DNA of 62,240 nt, from positions 1 to 62,240 of the IMG/VR virus record IMGVR_UViG_3300021225_000301; one strand, written 5' to 3'. Shown here piece by piece: positions 33,899-43,013 of the stretch (positions are counted from its first letter, which is position 1; the number at the start of each line of letters is the position of its first letter). The translations under genes were made by a program, and so were the position numbers. This stretch comes from a virus. Its lineage: Duplodnaviria; Caudoviricetes. The notes under the pieces were generated by a model, which saw only the letters and a program-made list of their open reading frames with translations, searched no databases and was not told where the DNA came from.

Positions 33899-36061
33899 AT
33901 GCCACTGCAAAAACTCCAGCTCAGACCCGGCGTTAACCGGGAATCGACGACGCTCGCCAACGAGGGCACTTGGTTTGAGATGGACAAGGTGCGCTTTCGC
34001 TCAGGCTACCCCGAGAAGCTTGGTGGCTGGACCAAAGACACCGGCACGTACTATAACAACGGCACTTCTCTAGCTCCTCCCACCGGATCGTTCTGGGGCA
34101 CCTGCCGTTCGTTGTGGAACTGGGTGACGCTGGCCAGCTACAACCTGATGGGGTTGGGTACCCACCTGAAGTACTACATCCAGCAGTCTGTCGGCGGCAA
34201 CTTTTTTGACATCACACCAATCCGCTACACCAGCGTAGTTGCGGCAAACGCCTTTACGACTAGCAACGGTTCGACCACTGTCATCGTTAACGATGCGGGT
34301 TACGGCGCAAGCAACGGTGACTTTGTCACGATCTCTGGTGTTGGCGGTGCAGTCAACGGTATCCCGGCCTCGGCGCTGAACAAAGAGTTCCGCGTCACGT
34401 ACATCGACGCCTCGACCTACAGTATCACGGTCAGCTCCCCTGCAACCTCATCTGGCACCACCGGAGCGGCCACCTTTGCCTACCAAATCTCCATCGGCCA
34501 AGAGACCTACACAACGCTCACTGGCTGGGGCGCTGGTGGCTGGGGCGGCACGACGACAATCTCTGCCAGCACAACTTTGAACGGCACGCTAAGTTCCAGT
34601 GCTACGACCATCACTGTGGTGTCCACGACGGGTTTTTCTGCGTCTGGCGCTATCGGCATCGAGGGTGAGTACATCACTTACTCAGGCAAAACGCCAACTA
34701 CTTTCACCGGCTGCACGCGCGGTGTGGGCAGCACCGCCGTGGCTCATGCCTCTGGTACCACAGTCAATCAGTACAGCAGCGCTACAGGATGGGGAGTGTC
34801 TGCAACGTCTGGTGTGGGCGCGCAGCTTCGCCTTTGGAGCCAAGCCAATTTTGGTCAAGACCTGATCATCAACCCCCGAGGCGGGGCGCTCTATCTGTGG
34901 AAGGTCAACGCCAACCCGACAATCTATGACCGGGCGGTATTGCTAGCTACAACGAGTCCCTCTCCCTACACGACAGACTCCGGCTGCCCCACGATTTGCA
35001 ATGGGGTTAGCGTCTCCGACGCTTCGCGGTTTGTGTTGGCCTTTGGTTGCAATGACTACGGTTCTTCTACGCTGGACCCGCTGCTGATCCGGTGGTCTGA
35101 CCAAGAAGACTACGCGGTATGGAACCCTGCGGCGACCAACCAAGCAGGTAGCTACCGCCTATCCACCGGCTCGACCATCATTGCCAATCTGCAAACCCGG
35201 CAGGAGATTTTGGTCTGGACCGACGCGGCCATCTACTCCATGCAGTATCTGGGCGCTCCGTACGTGTGGGGCTTCCAGATTCTGGGCGCGAACATCTCTA
35301 TCGCTGGCCCCAACGCCGCAGCCACCGCAGCCAACATCACCTACTGGATGGGGCTGGATAAGTTCTACATGTACTCAGGCCGCGTGGAAACCCTGTACTG
35401 CCCGCTGCGGCAGTACATCTTCGGCGACATCAACCTTCAGCAGCAGTACCAATTCTTCGCTAGCACCAACGAGGGCTACAACGAGGTGTGGTGGTTCTAT
35501 TGCTCGGCCAACTCGACAGTGATCGACCGCTACGTCATCTATAACCACCTTGAGCGCGTCTGGAGCTACGGCAATCTCTCGCGCACCGCATGGCTGGATA
35601 CGCCGCTGCGTGACTACCCCACCGCTGCTGGTTACGGCGGCCAGTTGATTTATCACGAGAGTGGTGTGGATGACGGTACGACCAACCCGCCCAGCCCGAT
35701 TGAGTCCTACATCCAGTCTGCCGACTTCAACATCGGTGACGGGCACAACTACGGCTTTGCGTGGCGCATGATCCCGGACATCACGTTTGATGGCTCTTAC
35801 GTCAACAACCCGGCGGTGACGTTTACTCTGCGCCCGCGCCAGAACCCCGGTGCCAACTACAGCTCGGCTGACACCCCGACGGTGACCAGCACCCAGAACT
35901 ACCAAGCCCAGCGCAACTACACGGTGCAGCAGTTCACGCAGATCATCTACACCCGCATCCGTGGCCGCCAGATGGCGTTCAAGGTCAGCTCTGACGGGTT
36001 GGGTGTGAACTGGCAGTTGGGCGTTCCGGCAATTGACATCCGGCCTGATGGAAGACGCTGA
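33899..36061 (+). CDS. Tail nozzle/stabilisation protein (P22 gp10-like)
   Basis: 720 aa; PGVNREST, VRFRSGYPEKLGGW, IRWSDQE, RIRGRQ...DIRPDGRR. Confidence 0.75.
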   Translation: MPLQKLQLRPGVNRESTTLANEGTWFEMDKVRFRSGYPEKLGGWTKDTGTYYNNGTSLAPPTGSFWGTCRSLWNWVTLASYNLMGLGTHLKYYIQQSVGGNFFDITPIRYTSVVAANAFTTSNGSTTVIVNDAGYGASNGDFVTISGVGGAVNGIPASALNKEFRVTYIDASTYSITVSSPATSSGTTGAATFAYQISIGQETYTTLTGWGAGGWGGTTTISASTTLNGTLSSSATTITVVSTTGFSASGAIGIEGEYITYSGKTPTTFTGCTRGVGSTAVAHASGTTVNQYSSATGWGVSATSGVGAQLRLWSQANFGQDLIINPRGGALYLWKVNANPTIYDRAVLLATTSPSPYTTDSGCPTICNGVSVSDASRFVLAFGCNDYGSSTLDPLLIRWSDQEDYAVWNPAATNQAGSYRLSTGSTIIANLQTRQEILVWTDAAIYSMQYLGAPYVWGFQILGANISIAGPNAAATAANITYWMGLDKFYMYSGRVETLYCPLRQYIFGDINLQQQYQFFASTNEGYNEVWWFYCSANSTVIDRYVIYNHLERVWSYGNLSRTAWLDTPLRDYPTAAGYGGQLIYHESGVDDGTTNPPSPIESYIQSADFNIGDGHNYGFAWRMIPDITFDGSYVNNPAVTFTLRPRQNPGANYSSADTPTVTSTQNYQAQRNYTVQQFTQIIYTRIRGRQMAFKVSSDGLGVNWQLGVPAIDIRPDGRR

Positions 36062-37446
36062 TGACACTGATCGTCACCTCGCAGTACGAACTTAACCGGG
36101 TGGTCGCCCCGCGCCTGCCCACCGCTCCGCCGGAGTATGAGAAGCGCTTTCACGATCAATTCGCTGACGTACTGCGCCTGTACTTCAACCGGCTGGACAA
36201 CATTCTGGGGCAACTCGTGGCTACTATGGACGCTCTACCTGTAGAAATTACCGGCACAAACCTCGACGCGTTTGGGCGCCTGCGAGTCAGCAACCCGTTC
36301 ACGCTGTTCGACTCCTCCCACCGCTACGCCGACAACAACCTGTGGGCTACCAGCACCACCGGCACGGCTGCCGCCACGTTCAGCGCAGACGAAGGCTTGG
36401 TTAACCTGACTGTTGGCTCTGCCAGCGGCGACCAGATCATTCGCGAGACGATCAAAGTCTTCTCCTACCAGCCGGGTAAGAGCCTGCTGGTCATGAGCAC
36501 GTTCGTGTTTGGGACTGCCAAGGCCAACTTGCGCCAGCGCGTGGGCTACTACGGCGCTGCCAACGGCATCTACTTTGAGCGCGACGGCACCACAAACTAC
36601 ATGGTCGAGCGCAGCAGCGTGACGGGCGTCTTGACCAATACCCGCGTGGCGCAGGCTGACTGGAACCAAGACCCGCTGGATGGCACCGGCCCATCCGGGC
36701 TGACTTTGGACTCGTCCAAGGCGCAGATTCTGTACATGGATGTGGAGTGGCTGGGTCTGGGCACGGTGCGTACCGGCTTCATCATCAACGGGGCTTTTGT
36801 CCCGGCGCACAACTTTAACCACGCCAACTTAGTCACTACGACTTACATCACCACGGCATCCCTGCCCCTGCGCTATGAGATGACCAACACGGCGGCAACG
36901 ACCGGAGCCAGTACGCTCAAGCAAGTCTGCTCCACGGTGATCTCTGAGGGCGGCTATCAACTGGCGGGCCGACAGCAATCCATTGGTACGGCGATTAACA
37001 GCCCCAGATCGCTGACCACTGCCGCCACCTTTTACCCTGTTGTCTCCTTGCGCCTGAAGACCACCCGGCTGGACGGCATCGCCATCCTGACCGCTTTGTC
37101 ACTCCTTGGTATTACTAACAACGCCAACTATGAGTGGCGGGTTGTGGCAAGCGGCACTACGACGGCGGGCACTTGGGTCAGCGCGGGCACAAACTCTTGC
37201 GTGGAGTACAACATCACCGGGACCGCGTTTACTACCGGCACTGGACGGGTTTTGGCCTCGGGCTTCTTCCAAGGCTCCAACCAAGGCTCGACCTCGGTGG
37301 ACATTTTGAAAGAGGCGCTGTTTGCCTTTCAGCTGGAGCGCGAGCCGTTTACGGCCACTCCCTACGAGCTGACGCTTATCTGCGCTGCTGCCACCAACGG
37401 CGATCAGGTGCTGGCATCCCTTGACTGGGAAGAGATCAGCCGTTGA
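36061..37446 (+). CDS. Tail-associated protein: short N-terminal anchor fused to a large beta domain
   Basis: P.LP.AP.EY...LRLYFN.LD then DAFGRLRVS, YQPGKS, WLGLGTVR.G. Confidence 0.7.
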   Translation: MTLIVTSQYELNRVVAPRLPTAPPEYEKRFHDQFADVLRLYFNRLDNILGQLVATMDALPVEITGTNLDAFGRLRVSNPFTLFDSSHRYADNNLWATSTTGTAAATFSADEGLVNLTVGSASGDQIIRETIKVFSYQPGKSLLVMSTFVFGTAKANLRQRVGYYGAANGIYFERDGTTNYMVERSSVTGVLTNTRVAQADWNQDPLDGTGPSGLTLDSSKAQILYMDVEWLGLGTVRTGFIINGAFVPAHNFNHANLVTTTYITTASLPLRYEMTNTAATTGASTLKQVCSTVISEGGYQLAGRQQSIGTAINSPRSLTTAATFYPVVSLRLKTTRLDGIAILTALSLLGITNNANYEWRVVASGTTTAGTWVSAGTNSCVEYNITGTAFTTGTGRVLASGFFQGSNQGSTSVDILKEALFAFQLEREPFTATPYELTLICAAATNGDQVLASLDWEEISR

Positions 37447-37499
37447 TGGATTAAACCCCCCATGTTAGACTCAATTAACCCCCATTCCGTGAGGCCCCA

Positions 37500-39722
37500 A
37501 TGAGCCTGCAAGTTCTCGCCCAAGATATGGCTTCCCGTGGTCGGGGGCCGGACACGATGCTCGTTCACATGGCCCCGAAAGAAGTTGCGGGGCTTCAAGC
37601 GCTGGCACTTGCCCACGGCGGTTCGCTCACTATCAACCCTCAGACGGGCCTGCCTGAAGCAGGTTTTCTGTCCGCCATCTTGCCGATGGTCGCAGGCATG
37701 GCGCTCAACGCTTTTGCACCCGGTGTGGGCACGGCTGTTGGAAGCGCGTTGGGTGGTCTCGGCGGCGCTGCGGGTACGGGTATTTTGGTTGGCGGCCTCA
37801 CGGGCTTGGCGACCGGCAGTCTCCGCAAAGGTCTCATGGCCGGCCTCGGTGCCTATGGTGGCGCTGGTATTGGCGACGTGATTGGTAACGCAGGCGCTGC
37901 GGCTATCGAAGCGGGGGTCCCGGCCACCACGGCTTCGGTCGCACCGGTTGTGCCTCCGGTCTCGCCTGTTGCCTCTGTTGTACCTCCGGTTTCGCCTGTT
38001 GCTCCTGTTGCTCCTGTTGCCGCTGCCCCCGCTTCGGGTGTCGTAGTTGGTGGTCCCATACCGCCTCCGTCGTATTTACAAGGCGCAATTGACCCAACTG
38101 CTGGCTTCCCCTCGGCGGGGGTTCCCGTACCTGCCAGCGGTGCATATAACGTTGACCCGTTTGGCGGCCTCGGAGGGGCGGCACCCGCTCCCGTTACGCC
38201 GCCGCCCGCGCTCACGTCGCCGACTTATTCGGTTGACCCTGCTGCACTCCAACACGGCTACACCAACCAGATGGATATCGCCAGCGACGCCGCTTCAGCG
38301 GCGCGCGAAACCGCAGCGCGTAATTACACCAACCAGATGGATATCGCCAGTGATCTGCGCGCGCCCAAAGAAGCTGCGTTGCGTGAAGCGGGTCCGACCG
38401 GGCGGTTTAGCAAAGGGCTTGGCGCAATCGCCAATAAACCCAGCCTGCTCTTCAACAAAGAGAACATTAAGTACGGTCTGGCCGCTGCGGCCCCGCTGAT
38501 GTTCCAAACGCCTAAGAGCACCCAAGCGCCGCGTGACACCGAGCAGTATCGGTACGCTTATAGCCCCGGTCGTGAGATGCCGCCCACTCGTGCAGGGAAT
38601 GTGGGTGAGTACACGTACTTCCAGCCCAGCTACACCCGGCTTGCTGCCGATGGTGGTCTGATGGACTTGCCTGTTCAGCGCATGTCTGACCGCAACGAAG
38701 CCGAGACTGAAATGGCTAACGGCGGTATGCGCTTTGCTGACGGTGGCGACACTGACACGTACAACTACGCCTACGACCCGGTTACAAGGACGTACACAAA
38801 ACCGATGGCGACTCCCGTGAGAACGACGACGCAGATGCCGGGGGTAAGCGCCGCATATCCAAACGATGTCAGCCCGGGTGCGCCCGGTGAGGGCAACACT
38901 GCTTGGGGTGAATTGACCCCCTCGCAGCAAGCTGCTTACTACGCTGAGCATCCCACCATGTCGGCCATCACGCAGTTTGGGCAGGGGCTGTTTGGCTTTA
39001 CTACTCCGGGCATGATTCAAAACGCGCTGGTGCCCAACTTCGTGCAGCAACAGCAGATGATCGCTAAGGGCATTGATCCGTTTGGCATGGCGGGGCTGAC
39101 GCCGCAGCAACAGTCCAACGTCAATCAGGCGCTGAGCGGATATCTCGAAAGCTCCATGAACCAAGCTCCGGGTGACGTGACTACCGGATTTGATTCCGCC
39201 GGGTTTGGCTCGTACGGTGAAAACGTTGCGCCCGGTGCGGGTGTTGAAGTCGGCGGCCCGATCAGTTCCGGTGATGTAACTGGCGTTGACATCGGTTCTA
39301 TTGATGCCGGAGCTGCTGCCGGGGCGGATGCGGGTGGTGTGGGCGACGCTGCTGGAGATGGTGGTGGCGGTGATGGGGCTGACTACGCTCGTGGTGGCCT
39401 GTCTGCGCTCATGCCCCGTTTTGCTCGTGGCGGCTACAACCTTGGCGACTACTCTGATGGTGGCCGCCTACTGCGCGGTCCCGGTGATGGCGTGAGCGAC
39501 TCGATCCCCGCATCTATTGCCAACAAGCGCCCCGCACGCCTTGCCGATGGTGAGTTTGTTGTGCCCGCCCGTATCGTCTCTGAGCTGGGCAACGGCTCGA
39601 CTGAAGCGGGCGCGCGCAAGCTGTACGCCATGATGGATCGCATCCAGAACAATCGTCGCAAGACGGTTGGCAAAGGTAAGGTTGCGGTTAACAGTCGCTC
39701 TGAGAAACTACTGCCGGCATGA
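37500..39722 (+). CDS. Internal virion/ejection protein
   Basis: N-terminal GRGPDTMLVH...TINPQTGLPE, Gly/Ala hydrophobic segment, C-terminal GPGDGVSDSIPA...LADGEFVVPA. Confidence 0.7.
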   Translation: MSLQVLAQDMASRGRGPDTMLVHMAPKEVAGLQALALAHGGSLTINPQTGLPEAGFLSAILPMVAGMALNAFAPGVGTAVGSALGGLGGAAGTGILVGGLTGLATGSLRKGLMAGLGAYGGAGIGDVIGNAGAAAIEAGVPATTASVAPVVPPVSPVASVVPPVSPVAPVAPVAAAPASGVVVGGPIPPPSYLQGAIDPTAGFPSAGVPVPASGAYNVDPFGGLGGAAPAPVTPPPALTSPTYSVDPAALQHGYTNQMDIASDAASAARETAARNYTNQMDIASDLRAPKEAALREAGPTGRFSKGLGAIANKPSLLFNKENIKYGLAAAAPLMFQTPKSTQAPRDTEQYRYAYSPGREMPPTRAGNVGEYTYFQPSYTRLAADGGLMDLPVQRMSDRNEAETEMANGGMRFADGGDTDTYNYAYDPVTRTYTKPMATPVRTTTQMPGVSAAYPNDVSPGAPGEGNTAWGELTPSQQAAYYAEHPTMSAITQFGQGLFGFTTPGMIQNALVPNFVQQQQMIAKGIDPFGMAGLTPQQQSNVNQALSGYLESSMNQAPGDVTTGFDSAGFGSYGENVAPGAGVEVGGPISSGDVTGVDIGSIDAGAAAGADAGGVGDAAGDGGGGDGADYARGGLSALMPRFARGGYNLGDYSDGGRLLRGPGDGVSDSIPASIANKRPARLADGEFVVPARIVSELGNGSTEAGARKLYAMMDRIQNNRRKTVGKGKVAVNSRSEKLLPA

Positions 39723-40147
39723 ACATCAGCTTTGTCCCGGTTGGTGGAGTCGCTGGCGTAATCCCAGCGCTCCTGCCCTACTTAAACGAGTCCGCACGAT
39801 GGACTCGGGGCCGGGCAACAGCGGACGACATCCTCCAGATGATTCTGTCTGGGCAGATGCACCTGTGGGCAGCGCACGATGAGCAGACAATCTTTGGGCA
39901 TGTGATCACAGAGATCAAGATGTATCCGCGCTGCAAGATGCTGACGATCCAGTACTGCGCCATGCAACCGGGCAAGCTGGAACAGGTAGAAGATGTCATG
40001 CAGGACGTGGCAGCTAAAGTCGCCAAGGATGCCGGCTGTGCCGGCATTGAGTTTGTTGGACGCCCGGGATGGCGCGACACGGCTAAGAAATACGGATACG
40101 AGGTGCAGAGTGTGATGTACCAAAAATTTTTTGAGGTGGCCAAATGA
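39719..40147 (+). CDS. GNAT-fold-like protein in the ejection module
   Basis: AKDAGCAGIEFVGRPGW; position analogous to T7 gp13/P22 gp14. Confidence 0.55.
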   Translation: MNISFVPVGGVAGVIPALLPYLNESARWTRGRATADDILQMILSGQMHLWAAHDEQTIFGHVITEIKMYPRCKMLTIQYCAMQPGKLEQVEDVMQDVAAKVAKDAGCAGIEFVGRPGWRDTAKKYGYEVQSVMYQKFFEVAK

Positions 40148-41226
40148 TTATTCCAAGCAAGTTTGATGGCTATGGTGAAGGTGGTCGCCTCACCAGTACG
40201 CGCCGGGTATACGACAGTGGCGGTGGCGGCAGCGCGCCCGCTTCGCAGACTCAGGTTTCTGATCTGCCGGACTGGGCCAAGCCGTATGCCAAAGAGACGC
40301 TGGGCAAGGCGCAGGCTCTGACGGACATCAACCAGAACAAGTACCAAACCTACGGCGGCGAAAAGGTTGCTGGCTTCCAGCCGCTGCAACAGCAGTCGTT
40401 CCAAGGCGCGGCAGGCATGCAGCCCTCTCAGCTTGGCGCTCAGGCTGGGCAACTGGCGGGCGCTGCCACGATGGGTGCCTTGGGCACGGGCTACGATCCG
40501 TATCAGATGGGGCAGTTTACTTCTGGGCGCGCAGCTCAGTACATGAACCCGTTTGTTGAGATGGCCATGGAGCCGCAGCTTCGGGAAGCTCAGCGTGCTT
40601 CTGAGATTCAGCGCACCGCTGACCAAGCGCAGGCTACCCGCGCCGGGGCTTTTGGCGGTTCTCGTCAGGCTCTTATCGAGGCTGAGCGCCAGCGCAATCT
40701 GGGCATCCAGCAGGGTGACATCCGCGCCAAAGGCTACATGTCTGCCTTCGACCAAGCGCAGCAAAACTTTGCCCGGGAGCAGCAGCTTCGTGAACAGTCT
40801 CGCCAGTACGGCGCGGGTCTGGGTTTGCAGGGTCTGCAAACCGCGCTGCAAGGCGCAGGTCAGATGGGTCAGCTTGGCGGTCAGCAGTTCCAGCAGGGCA
40901 TGGACATCAACAAGCTGCAAAACCTGTACGGCACTCAGCAGCAGCAACTGGAGCAGCAGCGCCTGAGCCAGAACTACCAAGACTTCATGAACCAGCAGCG
41001 GTATCCGTACCAGCAGCTTGAGTTCATGTCCAACATCCTGCGCGGCACCCCGATGGGCACGGTCAACACGCTGTACGGCGGACAACCCGGTTTGGGGTCG
41101 CAGTTGGTTGGTGCTGGCACCGCACTGTATGGCGCAAGTAAACTGATGAAAAAGGGTGGGGCGGTTAAAGACCAGCCCGCAGGCGGCCTCGCCGCGCTGG
41201 CACTCGACAAAATTGGGCGGGGGTAA
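40144..41226 (+). CDS. DNA ejection (pilot-like) protein
   Basis: Gln/Gly-rich; YMNPF, AGAFGGSR, YQDF..Q..YP.QQL. Confidence 0.7.
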   Translation: MIIPSKFDGYGEGGRLTSTRRVYDSGGGGSAPASQTQVSDLPDWAKPYAKETLGKAQALTDINQNKYQTYGGEKVAGFQPLQQQSFQGAAGMQPSQLGAQAGQLAGAATMGALGTGYDPYQMGQFTSGRAAQYMNPFVEMAMEPQLREAQRASEIQRTADQAQATRAGAFGGSRQALIEAERQRNLGIQQGDIRAKGYMSAFDQAQQNFAREQQLREQSRQYGAGLGLQGLQTALQGAGQMGQLGGQQFQQGMDINKLQNLYGTQQQQLEQQRLSQNYQDFMNQQRYPYQQLEFMSNILRGTPMGTVNTLYGGQPGLGSQLVGAGTALYGASKLMKKGGAVKDQPAGGLAALALDKIGRG

Positions 41227-41228
41227 AT

Positions 41229-42965
41229 ATGCAAACGATGGGTGAATTTGCCACTATCAGCGACAGCTTGGCGCTGATGCCCGATCCTGCGCTGCAGCGC
41301 TTTGCGATGATGCACAAGGACGACCCGTTCACGCTGGCCTTGGCCGTGTCGGAATCCAACCGCCGCAAAAAGATGCGTGCCGCGCAGCAAGGCGTGGCTG
41401 GGATGCAGCAGCAACCCCCGGTGGCCGACCAAGAGATTGCCCAGATGAGCGCCCCGGTCATGCCGGAGAACGTCGGTATTGGCGCTCTGCCCGCGCCCAG
41501 CATGGCAGGTATGCCCGCTGGCGGCATTACCGGTGAAGAACCCCAAGCCATGGCCGGTGGCGGCATGGTGGCGTTTGCTGATGGCGGGGATGTGGAACGG
41601 TATAGAGAAGATGGGCTGGTGCAGCCGCAGCAGCGCCCGGGTGAGAGCTTTGAAGCGTTCCGTCGTCGGGCTTTTCAAGAGTCACTGGCGGCAGAACAAG
41701 CACGGAGACAACAAGAGTATCTTGCGTCGGAAGCCGAACGTCAAAGAGTGCTGGCTGAACGCGGTACTCCCGCCATTCCTCCAAGCCCTTACGGTATTGC
41801 CCGTCCGGCGTTGGTGCCCACCGGCGTAAAACCGCCTGCTCCTGCTGCTGGATTTGTGCGCACAGACCCTCGCGCTGCTCAGTTCGACATCCCGTCAATT
41901 GCGCAGCAAGCGCAAGAACTTAAAACCAGTGCAGGTTCTCCCGAAACTACTGGTCCCGGTGCCGCTCCCGGTGCTGGTCCTGCCCCCGCTCCTGCTCCCG
42001 GTGCTGGAGCACCTACGCTTGCCGCCGCTACCCCTGCTTCCGCAGCCTCGCTGCAACAGCAATACGCCAGCATCTTGGCAGCTCAGCCCAGTGCCGACCC
42101 GGAAGCCGCAGAGCGTGAAGCGCTGGGGCTGGAAGGTGTTGCGCGCGCTCAAGCCAAAGCAGCCGCCACGAAAGCACGTCAAGAGAAATACGCGGATGTG
42201 TTCAAAGGCCGGGAAGAACGCCTGACCAAACAGGAAGCAGAGCTGGGAAAACGCGCAGACCTCAACACTGGGCTGGCTTTCCTGAACGCAGGTCTTGCCA
42301 TTATGTCCACGCCGGGCAGTGTTGCATCTGCGATTGGCAAGGGCGCTCGGGTTGGCACGGAGCAGTACGCTGCGGGTCTGGAGCGCATTCAAGCTGCCAA
42401 AGACAAAGCTGCTGAGGCGCGCGACCGGCTTGAGGAACTTAAACTCAACCGTTCTGAGATGTCTGACAAAGAAGTCGAGGCGGCTCAAGACGGTATTCTG
42501 GGCGCTCAAATCGACGCCCGTAAGCTGGCTATTGAGGGACGCTCCCTTACCCGGGGCGAGAACCGTGCGACGGCTGCGCGAATCTTTGACGCTACGGCGG
42601 CAAACGAGCGGGCTGCTATGCAAGAGCGCGGCGCTAACGCCCGCGCCATGGCTAGTTTGCAAGCAACCCTTACTTCTCCTGACCGGCTGGCTTTTGCTTC
42701 AGCGCTGCAAAGCACGAAGACCAAGGAGCGTCCGCAGGGTGATCCGGTCGAGGCGTACCGCAAGCTCATGGAAGTCAAGCGTGAACCCATGACGCTGGAG
42801 AAGCTGCGCGAGGCTTGGAACGATCCGATGAAGCGGATGCAAATCAGCCAAGATTACCCGAACGTCAAGACGTTTGAAGACTACGCAACGATCATGAACG
42901 TTGGGGGCGGTGGTGCAGGCGGCGATGGCGGATTTTCTCTTCGCGGAACGCGTCCGGGACCGTAA
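41229..42965 (+). CDS. Ejection protein (coiled-coil)
   Basis: MAGGGMVAFADGG, Ala-rich helices; position in the ejection module. Confidence 0.65.
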   Translation: MQTMGEFATISDSLALMPDPALQRFAMMHKDDPFTLALAVSESNRRKKMRAAQQGVAGMQQQPPVADQEIAQMSAPVMPENVGIGALPAPSMAGMPAGGITGEEPQAMAGGGMVAFADGGDVERYREDGLVQPQQRPGESFEAFRRRAFQESLAAEQARRQQEYLASEAERQRVLAERGTPAIPPSPYGIARPALVPTGVKPPAPAAGFVRTDPRAAQFDIPSIAQQAQELKTSAGSPETTGPGAAPGAGPAPAPAPGAGAPTLAAATPASAASLQQQYASILAAQPSADPEAAEREALGLEGVARAQAKAAATKARQEKYADVFKGREERLTKQEAELGKRADLNTGLAFLNAGLAIMSTPGSVASAIGKGARVGTEQYAAGLERIQAAKDKAAEARDRLEELKLNRSEMSDKEVEAAQDGILGAQIDARKLAIEGRSLTRGENRATAARIFDATAANERAAMQERGANARAMASLQATLTSPDRLAFASALQSTKTKERPQGDPVEAYRKLMEVKREPMTLEKLREAWNDPMKRMQISQDYPNVKTFEDYATIMNVGGGGAGGDGGFSLRGTRPGP

Positions 42966-43013
42966 AATAAAGCGCCGCATATCGCGGCGTTTCTACAATT
43001 CAGGAATTAGGCT

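Noticed and set aside
38259-38350. 26-bp direct repeat encoding YTNQMDIAS twice
   Set aside because: In-frame local duplication in a low-complexity region with no further structure.
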